Counted from the stretch's first letter, positions 18,227 through 27,927 are shown. The stretch is 64,000 nt of DNA from an uncultured Ignavibacteriaceae bacterium (GCA_964617905.1 CAZTZZ010000001.1:28080-92079), one strand, 5' to 3'. The notes: generated from the letters alone by a model not told the origin. Made by a program: numbers and translations.

Positions 18227-20017
18227 ATGAATACACAAAATAATTACCCTATGCTTACAGATCCCGAGATGAAGGAGATCGTTGAAAGTTTTATAATTGA
18301 GACAAAAGAAATATTGGAAAAACTTGACGTTGATTTAATTGATCTTGAAAATCGTTCAACAGATAGTGATTTGTTAAATGAAGTTTTTAGATCATTTCAT
18401 ACTATTAAAGGTACTTCAGGTTTTCTTGGACTCGATAAACTAACAAAAGTAACTCACCGGTGTGAAGATATCCTCAATAAACTACGCAAAGGTGAGGCTG
18501 TTCTTACTACCGAATTGATGGATGGAATTCTTGAAGCTTATGATTGCATAAAGGAATTACTAACCTGCATTGAAACAAAGCAAAATGAAGATGTAGAGAT
18601 TGATAAAACAGTTGAACATTTAACAAATTTGATAAATGAATTAGAGGGTAATATTAAATCGGAAGATAAAGTAAATGAGAATATTGTTGTTCCTGAAAAA
18701 TCAGTTTCAAAAGAATTAATTAAAAAAGAAAATTCCGATAAATCTGACAAAAAAGATTCTAACGAAAAAAAAATTGAGACAAAAACATCCTCTGTTCAAA
18801 AGAAAAACTCGGTTAAATCAGAAAGAAAAATCGAAAACAATATACGAGTTGATGTTGAAAGATTGGACGAACTATTAAACATTGCTTCTGAATTAGTACT
18901 TGGAAGAAATAGACTGGCACAAGTTAATTCTGATTTTTCAATTGAATATGAAGGTACCAAATTTTCACGTGATCTTGCAGATGCAACTAAATTGATTGAC
19001 CTAATGACTAATGAACTACAGCTTGTAGTTATGAAAACAAGGATGGTTAAAATAAGTAAAGTGTTTAACAGATTTCCACGTGTTGTTAGAGACCTTGCAA
19101 AAGAAAATCTTAAAGAAATAAAACTTACAATTAAAGGTGAAAACACAGAACTGGATAAAACACTAATAGAAGAAATAAATGATCCTCTTGTGCATCTGGT
19201 TAGAAATTCTGTCGACCATGGAATTGAAGAACCTGATGTTAGAAAAAAAGCCGGCAAAAATCCTGTTGGTTCTATCATTCTTTCTGCTGAGCAGGAAGGC
19301 AATCTGATTATTATTTCAATAGAGGATGACGGTAAAGGAATAAATCCTGATATTATAAAAGAGAAAGCAGTAAGTAAAGGTCTTATTTCAAAAGATAAAG
19401 CAAAAGAACTTTCACAACAGGAAATATTTAATTTAATATTTTTGCCCGGTTTTTCTACTGCCGAAGTAGTAACAAATGTTTCAGGAAGGGGTGTAGGTAT
19501 GGATGTTGTTAAAACAAATGTTACAAAACTAAGAGGATTAATTAACATTGAATCTGAATTAGGTAAAGGCACAAAGATAATTATTAAATTACCCCTAACT
19601 TTAGCTATTATACCCGGAATGGTTGTTAAACTAAATTCTGAAACAATAGTAATTCCTCTAAATTCCGTTATTGAAACATTTAGAATACATATAGAAGATA
19701 TTCATACAATAAACGGCCACGAAGCAATAAAAAGGAGAGACGGTGTAATCCCATTAATTGCCATTGATGGAATGCTGTATAATAAAGGGGAAAAAGATAA
19801 AATTAAAATATGGCATTACATAGTAGTTGTTGGTATAGCCGAGAAAAGGTTTGGTATTAAGGTTGATGAATTAGTCGGTCAAAAAGATGTGGTTATTAAA
19901 TCTCTCGGCAGTTACCTTGGTAACATTAACGGGATTGCAGGATCCACAATAATGGGAGATGGAACGGTTGTAATGATTATAGACATCGGGGAGTTAATAC
20001 ATAAAGTTGAAATCTAA
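18227..20017 (+). CDS. cheA: Chemotaxis histidine kinase CheA
   Basis: P1 FRSFHTIKGTSGFLGL, P3 IRVDVERLDELLNIASELVLGRNRL, N-box HLVRNSVDHGIE, G1 EDDGKGI, G2 GRGVGMDVV, and a C-terminal CheW-like domain. A Lys/Ser/Glu-rich linker sits where P2 normally is. Confidence 0.93.
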   Translation: MNTQNNYPMLTDPEMKEIVESFIIETKEILEKLDVDLIDLENRSTDSDLLNEVFRSFHTIKGTSGFLGLDKLTKVTHRCEDILNKLRKGEAVLTTELMDGILEAYDCIKELLTCIETKQNEDVEIDKTVEHLTNLINELEGNIKSEDKVNENIVVPEKSVSKELIKKENSDKSDKKDSNEKKIETKTSSVQKKNSVKSERKIENNIRVDVERLDELLNIASELVLGRNRLAQVNSDFSIEYEGTKFSRDLADATKLIDLMTNELQLVVMKTRMVKISKVFNRFPRVVRDLAKENLKEIKLTIKGENTELDKTLIEEINDPLVHLVRNSVDHGIEEPDVRKKAGKNPVGSIILSAEQEGNLIIISIEDDGKGINPDIIKEKAVSKGLISKDKAKELSQQEIFNLIFLPGFSTAEVVTNVSGRGVGMDVVKTNVTKLRGLINIESELGKGTKIIIKLPLTLAIIPGMVVKLNSETIVIPLNSVIETFRIHIEDIHTINGHEAIKRRDGVIPLIAIDGMLYNKGEKDKIKIWHYIVVVGIAEKRFGIKVDELVGQKDVVIKSLGSYLGNINGIAGSTIMGDGTVVMIIDIGELIHKVEI

Positions 20018-21098
20018 TTTTGAAAATAATAAAATTAAAGCATTAGTAGTGGATGATTCCGCATTTATGAGGAAATCCATTTCTATTTTACTTGAGAGTG
20101 ACCCAGATATTAAAGTTGTTGCCACGGGCAGAGACGGAGAAGAGGGGGTTGAACTGGCAAAAACCCTACGCCCTGATATAATTACACTTGATATTGAAAT
20201 GCCTCGCATGGATGGCTTGACTGCATTAAAAAAAATTATGTCTGAGTGTCCAACTTCTGTTATAATGTTGAGTTCGCTAACAACAGAAGGAGCAGATGTT
20301 ACTATAAAAGCTCTTGAATACGGCGCAGTTGATTTTATTCCTAAAGAATTATCTTTTGTTAATGTTAATATTGTTAATATCAAAGATGAATTAATTAGAA
20401 AAATAAAAGAAATAGTAAAACATCAAGCATTAAAAAACAGGTTAAAAAGAATTCAAAAATTAAATCCTTCTTCTACGCCTGCACGACATTATAGACAAAT
20501 TGAATTACCCAAAATAAGTTATTCAGCAATAGCTCTTGGAATTTCAACAGGAGGTCCATTTTCACTTCAAAAAATAATACCTGTTCTTTCAAACAAAATT
20601 AAATGTCCTATTTTTATAGTACAGCATATGCCTCCCAAGTTTACTAAGTCATTAGCCGATAGGTTAGATGGATTAACTCAGCTGGAAGTTAAAGAAGCTG
20701 AGGATGATGAGACAGTTAGAAATGGTGTTGTCTATATTGCTCCGGGCGGATATCACATGACGGTAGTTAAAAATTCAATAGGACAAAACAGAATTAGAAT
20801 TTCCGATGAACCTGCTACAACTTTAAATAAACCTTCTGTAGATATTATGACTAAATCAGTTATAGACATTTATGGTAAATATACTTTGGGAGTAATAATG
20901 ACCGGTATGGGAAAAGACGGGCTAAAAGGCATTTCTAAATTAAAATCTTTAGGCGGTTATTGCATTGCACAAGATGAAAAAACTTGTGTAGTTTACGGTA
21001 TGCCCAAGTCAATTGTTGATGCTGAACTGGCCGATGTTATAGCACCACTTGAAAAAATACCAAGAATTATTAATGAGGCTGTTGTTAATGAAAAATAA
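20007..21098 (+). CDS. cheB: Chemotaxis methylesterase CheB (REC + esterase)
   Basis: REC ALVVDDSAFMRKSI..IITLDIEMPRMDG. Esterase motifs GISTGGP, VQHMPP and GMGKDG. The TTG start overlaps the cheA end by 11 nt. Confidence 0.9.
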   Translation: MKSNFENNKIKALVVDDSAFMRKSISILLESDPDIKVVATGRDGEEGVELAKTLRPDIITLDIEMPRMDGLTALKKIMSECPTSVIMLSSLTTEGADVTIKALEYGAVDFIPKELSFVNVNIVNIKDELIRKIKEIVKHQALKNRLKRIQKLNPSSTPARHYRQIELPKISYSAIALGISTGGPFSLQKIIPVLSNKIKCPIFIVQHMPPKFTKSLADRLDGLTQLEVKEAEDDETVRNGVVYIAPGGYHMTVVKNSIGQNRIRISDEPATTLNKPSVDIMTKSVIDIYGKYTLGVIMTGMGKDGLKGISKLKSLGGYCIAQDEKTCVVYGMPKSIVDAELADVIAPLEKIPRIINEAVVNEK

Positions 21099-21333
21099 TT
21101 TTGAAGAACCTGTTTTTAATGAACTTAGTTATGACTCTATAAATAGTTCAGGCAATTATATTAAAAAAGAAAATGTAAGAGTTGTAGGTAAAACTAAAAT
21201 AAAAATTGAAGAAGAAAGTCACCAAGGGGTTAAAATAATTTTGAAAAAAGATGAAGATGAATCAATAAAAGAAATAAAATTTGTATGTTCCTGCGGACAA
21301 ACGAAAATGATACTTTTAAACTATTCTGAATAA
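21088..21333 (+). CDS. Hypothetical small protein (81 aa)
   Basis: ATG at 21088 (MKNNFEEPVF...) overlaps the cheB stop by 11 nt. The ORF-track start at 21049 would overlap by 50 nt. No recognisable motif apart from a C-terminal FVCSCGQTK. Confidence 0.35.
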   Translation: MKNNFEEPVFNELSYDSINSSGNYIKKENVRVVGKTKIKIEEESHQGVKIILKKDEDESIKEIKFVCSCGQTKMILLNYSE

Positions 21334-21410
21334 TAATTTCCAACTGAACAACTTTAGCCAATTTTTATACACACACACCTAATAATTAAGCAAAACAACA
21401 ACTCTTTAAA

Positions 21411-21425
21411 TGGCATTTAATTTGA
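21411..21425 (+). promoter_or_regulatory. Candidate sigma-54 promoter upstream of flgB (non-canonical -12)
   Basis: TGGCAT-TTAAT-TTGA has the GG-N10-G spacing of TGGCAC-N5-TTGC, but with A in place of the -12 C. It ends 34 nt upstream of the flgB ATG, in a 125-nt gap. Confidence 0.4.
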
Positions 21426-21458
21426 CTCTCTAATAGAGAATCAAAAATAGGTCAAAAT

Positions 21459-21848
21459 ATGCCACAATCGACAATTAAACTTTTGGAAAAATTTGCAAGC
21501 TATTGCTCAGTTAAACATAAAATTATTTCAAACAACATTGCAAACGTTGGTACTGAAAATTATAAGAGACTTGATGTTAAATTTAAAGATGTCTTAGAGG
21601 AAAATCTACAGGGAAATTTAAGAGCTACAGAAAAAAATCATATAGCTAATAATAATTTTGATTACAAATCGAACTTCGAAATAATTAAAGATACAAACCA
21701 GGATAATGTTTCTGGAATCAATAATGTTGATATTGATACAGAAATGGCTGAACTGGCTGCAAATAACCTGAATTTTAAATTCGCAACAATTAAAATCAGA
21801 AATTATTTTAAGATGATGCAGGGTGTAATTAGAGGAGGCAAATTATGA
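21459..21848 (+). CDS. flgB: Proximal rod protein FlgB
   Basis: IISNNIANVGTENYKRLDVKF is the rod N-terminal motif. It is the first gene of flgB-flgC-fliE. Confidence 0.85.
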   Translation: MPQSTIKLLEKFASYCSVKHKIISNNIANVGTENYKRLDVKFKDVLEENLQGNLRATEKNHIANNNFDYKSNFEIIKDTNQDNVSGINNVDIDTEMAELAANNLNFKFATIKIRNYFKMMQGVIRGGKL

Positions 21849-22345
21849 AAATTAGTTCACTATTTCCGGGATTTAAGATTAGTGCTAAAGGCTTGAGTAT
21901 TCAACGTAAAAGAATGAACCTGATTGCTGAAAACATTGCTAATGCTAATGTTACAAGAACATCCGAAGGTAAACCTTATGAAAGAAAATTTTTAACTGTT
22001 ACAGCAAAACAAAACTTGTTTAATGATAATCTTATAAATGAAGGAAATAATCTAAAACTTAATACTACAAACGGCTCACATATTTCATTTTCAAAAGCTA
22101 CACTAATTGATAATAATACGGGACAATACTCTTTAAATTTTAACGAGGTAGTTGATAAAACTCCAGGTGATATAGTTTATATGCCTGGTAATCCAAATGC
22201 AGATTCCGATGGTTACGTTCAAGAATCAAATGTTAATATTGTAAACGAAATGATAGATATGATTTCGGCCTCAAGAAGTTATGAAGCCAATCTTACTGCT
22301 TTAAATTCTTCCAAACAGATGATAAAAGATTCAATGGAGATATAA
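21845..22345 (+). CDS. flgC: Proximal rod protein FlgC
   Basis: MNLIAENIANANVTRTSEGKPYERK and C-terminal VNIVNEMIDMISASRSYEANLTALNSSKQMIKDSMEI. Confidence 0.9.
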   Translation: MKISSLFPGFKISAKGLSIQRKRMNLIAENIANANVTRTSEGKPYERKFLTVTAKQNLFNDNLINEGNNLKLNTTNGSHISFSKATLIDNNTGQYSLNFNEVVDKTPGDIVYMPGNPNADSDGYVQESNVNIVNEMIDMISASRSYEANLTALNSSKQMIKDSMEI

Positions 22346-22348
22346 CTA

Positions 22349-22618
22349 ATGAAAATATTAACTAACAGCGTAGGCAACTATTCACCGCACACAAATAATA
22401 ATTCGGTTAAACAAGCAAAGTTAACCCAAAAGAAAGAGGGTACTGATTTAGAAACTGTTGCAAAAACTAAAAACAATGATTTAACATCTGATGAGAAAAA
22501 TTATTTTATGAAAGTATATCCACAAAATACATCTGAGATAATTGATTATCATTTTTACCAGAAAAACGGGGAGATGTCCGGAGTAAAAATAGGTTCACTT
22601 TTAAATAGGAGAGGCTAA
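22349..22618 (+). CDS. Hypothetical 89-aa protein inserted between flgC and fliE
   Basis: ORF with a 3-nt gap after flgC and a 1-nt overlap (TAATG) with fliE. Hydrophilic, with no motif I recognise. Confidence 0.4.
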   Translation: MKILTNSVGNYSPHTNNNSVKQAKLTQKKEGTDLETVAKTKNNDLTSDEKNYFMKVYPQNTSEIIDYHFYQKNGEMSGVKIGSLLNRRG

Positions 22619-22911
22619 TGATTAAAATAAGTTCAATTCAGAATAATTTCCCTGAATTAAAAACACCAAAATCTACTGAAAATCCTTCAAATGAAAAATT
22701 TGGTAACGTGCTTTCAGATTTTCTGGGACAGGTTAACCAGCAGCAGTTTAAGGCTGATAATTTAACAAGAAGTTTTATAGCAGGTGAAAATGTCGAGATT
22801 CAGGATGTTATGATTGCAGGAGAACAAGCAAAAACAAGTCTTCAATTGCTTATGGAAATAAGAAACAAAGCACTTGATATGTACAAAGAATTAACTAGAA
22901 TGCAAATCTAA
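22618..22911 (+). CDS. fliE: Rod/MS-ring adaptor FliE
   Basis: FGNVLSDFLGQVNQQQFKADNL..AGENVEIQDVMIAGEQAKTSLQLLMEIRNKALDMYKELTRMQI. Confidence 0.88.
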   Translation: MIKISSIQNNFPELKTPKSTENPSNEKFGNVLSDFLGQVNQQQFKADNLTRSFIAGENVEIQDVMIAGEQAKTSLQLLMEIRNKALDMYKELTRMQI

Positions 22912-22916
22912 ATAAT

Positions 22917-24518
22917 ATGAAAGAAAATAAGTTAAGTTCAATTCTAAATATTTTCACAAAACTTTCCATCCAGCAAAAATTGGTTGTTGGTGGAACAGTA
23001 ATAACAACAATAATTCTCTTAATTGTTTTTTTATTTTTTCTAAACGAACCTAATTATGAACCGCTTTACACCAATTTAAATGAGCAGGATGCATCTAAAA
23101 TTATTGAAGAACTTAATTCGCAAAAAGCTCCGTATGAAATTAGTGATAATGGAAAAACAATTAAAGTTCCCAAGAACAAAGTTTATGAACAAAGATTAAA
23201 ACTGGCTTCAAAAGGAATTCCAAACAGCGGAGTAGTTGGGTATGAGATTTTTGATAAAATGACAATGGGAATGTCTGAGTTTATGCAAAAACTAAACTAT
23301 ATAAGAGCACTTGAAGGTGAATTATCAAAAACTATTTCAAGCTTAAACGGTGTTGAGGGAGCAAGAGTCCATATAGTTTTACCGAAAAAATCCGTATTTA
23401 AAGATGAACAAAAACTACCAACAGCGGCAGTTGTACTTAAATTGAAAAATAATAATTCTCTAACTAAAAATAATATTGATGCAATTGTCAATTTAGTTTC
23501 GAGCAGTGTAGAGGGGCTTCAAACAGGAAAAGTAACCTTAATAGATACCAAGGGTAAGTTATTATCTAAAGAAAACACGGAAGACCCTTTGGCTATATCA
23601 AGTACAAAACAATATGAAATAAAAAAATCTGTTGAAACATACCTTGCACATAAAGCACAAAGTATTCTTGATAATGTAATAGGATATGGGAATGGAATAG
23701 TAGAAATAAATGCGGATCTTAATTTCAACCAGGTTCAGAAAACAATGGAATCATATAACCCTGATTCCCAGGTAGCTATTAGTGAACAGACTATAAAAAC
23801 TTCCAATGGAGGTAAAAGTCTTGGAGATTCCACATCTCAGGTTAGTCAGAACACAACTACAAATTATGAAATCAATAAGACAATTCAGAAAGTAATTGAA
23901 AGCTCGGGTAATATTACAAGGTTGAGTGTTGCAGTAGTTGTAAATGAAATTCAAAAAAAAGTTAAAAAGGGAAATAAACAAAAAATTGTATTTGAACCAC
24001 GTTCACCTGAACAATTAAAAAAACTTGAAGAAATAATTAAAAATTCAGTAGGTATTAATTCCGAAAGGAATGATGTATTTACTCTAAAAAGTATTCCATT
24101 TGCTCCTAAAGAGATTGAACCTGTTGAGTTTTTAAAACCGGGAGTGATGGATGATGTAAATAAATGGTCAAATACTATATTATTGATTCTCGCTGCCCTG
24201 GCATCGTTAATATTTCTGAAAGGTCTTATGAAAAAATTAAAAACCCAAAAAATTCTAATAGGTTCTCTCGGTAACAATGAAATGGCAATAAACAGTTTTA
24301 CAACTGATAGTTTAATACAACCGCAGACTGTTCCGTCACTAATTGAAAAACAAATTCCTAAAAAGAATCTGCTGCCTCTTGGAAACCTGGAAGATGAGAT
24401 ATCTGATGAAGCCATCAGTAAACGAAATCAACAGGAAAGGATTTCAAATTATGTAGCTAAAAATCCGCTAGATGCAGCTAAATTAATTAACTCTTGGCTA
24501 CACGAAGATGAAATATAA
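22917..24518 (+). CDS. fliF: MS-ring protein FliF
   Basis: N-terminal TM, then YEPLYTNLNEQDASKIIEELNSQKAPYEISDNGKTIKVP (YscJ/FliF family), a second TM near LILAALASLIFL, and a C-terminal FliG-binding tail. Confidence 0.92.
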   Translation: MKENKLSSILNIFTKLSIQQKLVVGGTVITTIILLIVFLFFLNEPNYEPLYTNLNEQDASKIIEELNSQKAPYEISDNGKTIKVPKNKVYEQRLKLASKGIPNSGVVGYEIFDKMTMGMSEFMQKLNYIRALEGELSKTISSLNGVEGARVHIVLPKKSVFKDEQKLPTAAVVLKLKNNNSLTKNNIDAIVNLVSSSVEGLQTGKVTLIDTKGKLLSKENTEDPLAISSTKQYEIKKSVETYLAHKAQSILDNVIGYGNGIVEINADLNFNQVQKTMESYNPDSQVAISEQTIKTSNGGKSLGDSTSQVSQNTTTNYEINKTIQKVIESSGNITRLSVAVVVNEIQKKVKKGNKQKIVFEPRSPEQLKKLEEIIKNSVGINSERNDVFTLKSIPFAPKEIEPVEFLKPGVMDDVNKWSNTILLILAALASLIFLKGLMKKLKTQKILIGSLGNNEMAINSFTTDSLIQPQTVPSLIEKQIPKKNLLPLGNLEDEISDEAISKRNQQERISNYVAKNPLDAAKLINSWLHEDEI

Positions 24519-24523
24519 ATATT

Positions 24524-25546
24524 ATGGCAAGAGAATATAACCAGTCAGAAATAACAGGCGTTCAAAAGGCTGCATTATTAATGATTGCCTTGAATATAGA
24601 GAACGCATCACAGGTATTTAAACATCTGGATTCTTCTGAAGTTGAATTAATTTCAACAGAAATATCAAAGGTAAAAAATATTCCTTCTCAAACCGTAGAC
24701 TCTGTATTAGAAGAATTCTATACCATGGTAACTGCAAGAGAATATGTACTTGAAGGTGGATTGGAATATGCCGAAGCCGTTTTGGAAAAATCGTTTGGTA
24801 TAAATAAAGCGACCGAAATAATTGAAAAAGTAAGAAATCTTACCACGCTAAAAGGGTTTGACGTACTAAAAAAAGCAGATTCTACCCAACTGATAAATTT
24901 TTTAAGTAAAGAGCACCCGCAAACAATTGCATTAATACTTTCTCATCTTCATCCTGACCAAACAGCCTCAGCACTAAAAGAATTAACTGAACCATTAAGA
25001 ACCGAAGTTGTTTACAGAATAGCAACACTAGGTAAAATTTCACCTCAGACTCTAAAAAGAATAGAAAAAGTTGTTGATGAAATGGCAGGGTTAAATATGG
25101 GGCAGTCCTTAAGTAAAATTGGAGGAACGAAAAGTCTTGCCGGTGTTCTCAACAGAACAAATATCGGCTTAAGTAAAGAAATAATAGCAAGCCTTGAAGA
25201 AAAAGATGCTGACGTTGCTAATGAAATTAAAAGACTGATGTTTTTATTTGAAGACATAATAAATATTCAGGATAAAGATATACAGAAAATATTACGACAA
25301 GTTGACAGAAAAGATATTGCTATAGCACTGAAAATTGTAGATGACAAATTAAAAGATAAAATATTTTCTAATATGTCAGAAAGAGCATCGGAATTATTAA
25401 AAGAAGAAATTCAGTATATGGGAAAAGTGAAGCTTAAAGAAGTTGAGTCAGTACAGGCTAAAATTGTAGATTTAATAAAAAGTCTTGAAGAGACAGGGGA
25501 AATATCTCTTAATATGAGAGGAGGTTCAGAAGAAGTATATGTCTGA
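24524..25546 (+). CDS. fliG: Rotor/switch protein FliG
   Basis: GVQKAALLMIALNIENASQVFKHL, the MFLFEDI motif, and a C-terminal charged helix region (LKEEIQYMGKVKLKEVE). Confidence 0.93.
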   Translation: MAREYNQSEITGVQKAALLMIALNIENASQVFKHLDSSEVELISTEISKVKNIPSQTVDSVLEEFYTMVTAREYVLEGGLEYAEAVLEKSFGINKATEIIEKVRNLTTLKGFDVLKKADSTQLINFLSKEHPQTIALILSHLHPDQTASALKELTEPLRTEVVYRIATLGKISPQTLKRIEKVVDEMAGLNMGQSLSKIGGTKSLAGVLNRTNIGLSKEIIASLEEKDADVANEIKRLMFLFEDIINIQDKDIQKILRQVDRKDIAIALKIVDDKLKDKIFSNMSERASELLKEEIQYMGKVKLKEVESVQAKIVDLIKSLEETGEISLNMRGGSEEVYV

Positions 25547-26153
25547 TGTTTTAAACGTAAAATTAAAATCCAGAAGGATGAGTGTTACTTTATATAATCC
25601 AATGGAAATTAACGCTTTGGAAACTGAGGAAGAAGAGAATTATCTTAAACGGGAATTAGATATTCAATATAGAAGGGGCTTAAATGATGGAGAGATACTT
25701 ACGAAAGAAAAGTTAGAAAAGGAATTCACAGATAAAATAATGGAGAATAAGGAAGAGATTAATAAAAAGGAACAATTAATCGATAAAATAATACCTGAAT
25801 ATGAACGATCTTTTGAGCAAGCAGTGATAAACTTATCTATCCTTATAGCAGAAAAAATTGTTCAACGGGAAATTATAAAAGAATCCATAATTAATAATGT
25901 TTTAAAGGATGCAATTAAAAAAGTTTCTGGTGCAAATAATGTTATTGTCAAGTTAAATCCCCTTGATTATAAAATATTAGATTCAAAAAGTGATGAGTCC
26001 TTATCTATTAATTCATTTGATAAAATAAAATTTGAACAAGACGAAAATATTGAACAGGGTGGATGTTTTATAGAAACAGATATTGGTAGTGTTGATGCCA
26101 GAATATCTACTCAGTGTAGTGAAATACGCAAACAACTTGAAGCAAGTATATAG
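25539..26153 (+). CDS. fliH: Export ATPase regulator FliH
   Basis: Charged coiled-coil N-terminal half. C-terminal VIVKLNPLDYKIL...GGCFIETDIGSVDARISTQ. Position between fliG and fliI. Confidence 0.8.
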   Translation: MSDVLNVKLKSRRMSVTLYNPMEINALETEEEENYLKRELDIQYRRGLNDGEILTKEKLEKEFTDKIMENKEEINKKEQLIDKIIPEYERSFEQAVINLSILIAEKIVQREIIKESIINNVLKDAIKKVSGANNVIVKLNPLDYKILDSKSDESLSINSFDKIKFEQDENIEQGGCFIETDIGSVDARISTQCSEIRKQLEASI

Positions 26154-27482
26154 ATGGAAATAGCACAAAATATTTTAAAAAAATATAAAAGAGTAGTTCA
26201 AAAAATAGATCCGGTTATTGTCAATGGTAAAGTATCTGATGTTGTCGGATTGGTGATTGTATCGGTTGGACCGAATGTATCTCTTGGTGAAGTATGTATT
26301 GTTTTAGACAGGGATGGTAAAGAAGTATGCAAGTCCGAAGTAGTTGGATTTAAAGACGGTAAAGTACTTTCAATTGCTTTGGGTGAAGTTCATAACATCT
26401 CCCCTTCCTGTCAAATAAAAGCAACTGGAAAAAGTTTTACTGTTAATGTAGGCAAAGAATTATTAGGAAGAGTTATCGATGGCTTGGGGAACCCTATTGA
26501 TGGTAAAGGTGAAATATATTGTACTACTAATTCAACAATATATCGTGAGCCACCAAATCCAATGGAAAGGAATAGAATTACAAAACCTCTTCAAACAGGA
26601 GTTAGGGCAATTGATGGATTACTTACTGTTGGAAAAGGACAACGCATTGGAATATTTGCAGGAAGCGGTGTTGGTAAAAGTGTAACTATGGGTATGATTG
26701 CCCGTAATACAAATGCAGATATTAATGTGATAATATTAATAGGTGAACGCGGCAGAGAAGTTAGAGAATTTATTGAAAAGGATCTTGGTCCCGAAGGATT
26801 ACAAAAATCTGTTGTGATTGTAGCTACAAGCGATAAGAGTGCATTAGTTAGATTAAAAGGTGCATTTATTGGTACTACTATTGCAGAATATTTCAGAGAT
26901 AAAGGAAAGGATGTTGTGTTAATGATGGATTCAGTTACAAGGTTTGCAATGGCTCAAAGAGAAATCGGATTAACTGTAGGTGAACCACCAGCTACTAAAG
27001 GATATACACCTTCTGTATTTGCAATTTTACCCAAGCTTTTGGAAAGAGCGGGAAATACTGATAGAGGCTCTATTACAGGATTTTATACTGTGCTTGTTGA
27101 TGGCGACGATATGACCGAACCTATTGCTGATTCAGTAAGATCAATTCTGGATGGTCATGTAGTTCTTTCTAGAAAGCTTGCTAATAAAGGGCAATTTCCC
27201 GCTGTAGATCCGTTGCAGAGTGTGAGTCGTGTTATGCCGGATATTGTCACTGATGATCACAGAAAAAGAGCAATTATTTTTAATGAAATATTGGCAACAT
27301 ATAAAGAAGCAGAAGATCTTATAAATATTGGTGCTTACGTTAAGGGCAGTAATCCACAAATAGATCATGCTTTAACAAAAATAAAGATCCTGAGAAATTT
27401 TTTAAAACAAGATATGATGGAAGCTACTCATTATAATGAGACAATAAATCAACTTGAACAAATAATAGAACAACCGTTATAG
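26154..27482 (+). CDS. fliI: Flagellar export ATPase FliI
   Basis: Walker A GIFAGSGVGKS, Walker B VVLMMDSVTRFAMAQREI, and F1-ATPase-like LPKLLERAG. Confidence 0.95.
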   Translation: MEIAQNILKKYKRVVQKIDPVIVNGKVSDVVGLVIVSVGPNVSLGEVCIVLDRDGKEVCKSEVVGFKDGKVLSIALGEVHNISPSCQIKATGKSFTVNVGKELLGRVIDGLGNPIDGKGEIYCTTNSTIYREPPNPMERNRITKPLQTGVRAIDGLLTVGKGQRIGIFAGSGVGKSVTMGMIARNTNADINVIILIGERGREVREFIEKDLGPEGLQKSVVIVATSDKSALVRLKGAFIGTTIAEYFRDKGKDVVLMMDSVTRFAMAQREIGLTVGEPPATKGYTPSVFAILPKLLERAGNTDRGSITGFYTVLVDGDDMTEPIADSVRSILDGHVVLSRKLANKGQFPAVDPLQSVSRVMPDIVTDDHRKRAIIFNEILATYKEAEDLINIGAYVKGSNPQIDHALTKIKILRNFLKQDMMEATHYNETINQLEQIIEQPL

Positions 27483-27489
27483 AAAATAT

Positions 27490-27927
27490 ATGGCAAAATT
27501 TATTTACAAATTTGAATCTATTAAAAAAGTTAAGGGCGCACTAGAGAAAAAAGCGCAAAAAGAAGTTTGTGTTATAGATTTAGAAATTGAGAGGAAAAAA
27601 AAAGAATATGAAAAAATAGTTAATGAAGAAAATGAGAGTAGAAATAAATTTAAGAAAAGAGCTGTTTCGGTAGGCGAGTTGAAATTTATTAAAGGTTATG
27701 AACTTTGTCTTAAGAAAAAACGAGCGGGAATACTTAAAGATATTAAAAAACTTAATACTAAACGTGAAAAAAAGATGGTGGAACTGATTCAAAAAACTAA
27801 AGAACACAAAATTTTTAACAAACTGGAAGAAAAATATATAGAAGATTTTCGGCAGGTGCAGAATAATTTGGAACTTGGTGTGATAGATGAATTAGCGACT
27901 CAAAAATTTGTAAGGCGAAATAAATGA
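27490..27927 (+). CDS. fliJ: Export chaperone/stalk protein FliJ
   Basis: 145-aa coiled-coil protein beginning MAKFIYKFESIKKVKGALEKKAQ, directly after fliI. Confidence 0.7.
   Translation: MAKFIYKFESIKKVKGALEKKAQKEVCVIDLEIERKKKEYEKIVNEENESRNKFKKRAVSVGELKFIKGYELCLKKKRAGILKDIKKLNTKREKKMVELIQKTKEHKIFNKLEEKYIEDFRQVQNNLELGVIDELATQKFVRRNK

Noticed and set aside
18796-19572. A 258-aa minus-strand ORF antisense to cheA. Similar antisense ORFs lie at 19994-20383, 23951-24415, 34500-34952, 47932-48336 and 57057-57443.
   Set aside because: Each lies entirely inside a plus-strand gene with unambiguous family motifs. Their Ser/Phe/Leu/Ile-rich composition is what the reverse complement of Lys/Glu/Asn-rich codons produces. 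None has a motif or plausible start context. They look like shadow ORFs.
21369-21378. An (AC)5 microsatellite upstream of flgB. Homopolymers A10 (10785-10794) and T9 (8282-8290) lie in other intergenic regions.
   Set aside because: They are too short and AT-biased to argue for phase variation, and none lies in a coding frame or between promoter elements I could identify.
21422-21427. The TTGACT/TTGATT parts of the three sigma-54-like motifs (also at 33651 and 42981) could be read as sigma-70 -35 hexamers.
   Set aside because: No TATAAT-like hexamer sits 16-18 nt downstream at any of the three sites. A -10 at that distance would fall on or within a few nt of the start codons.
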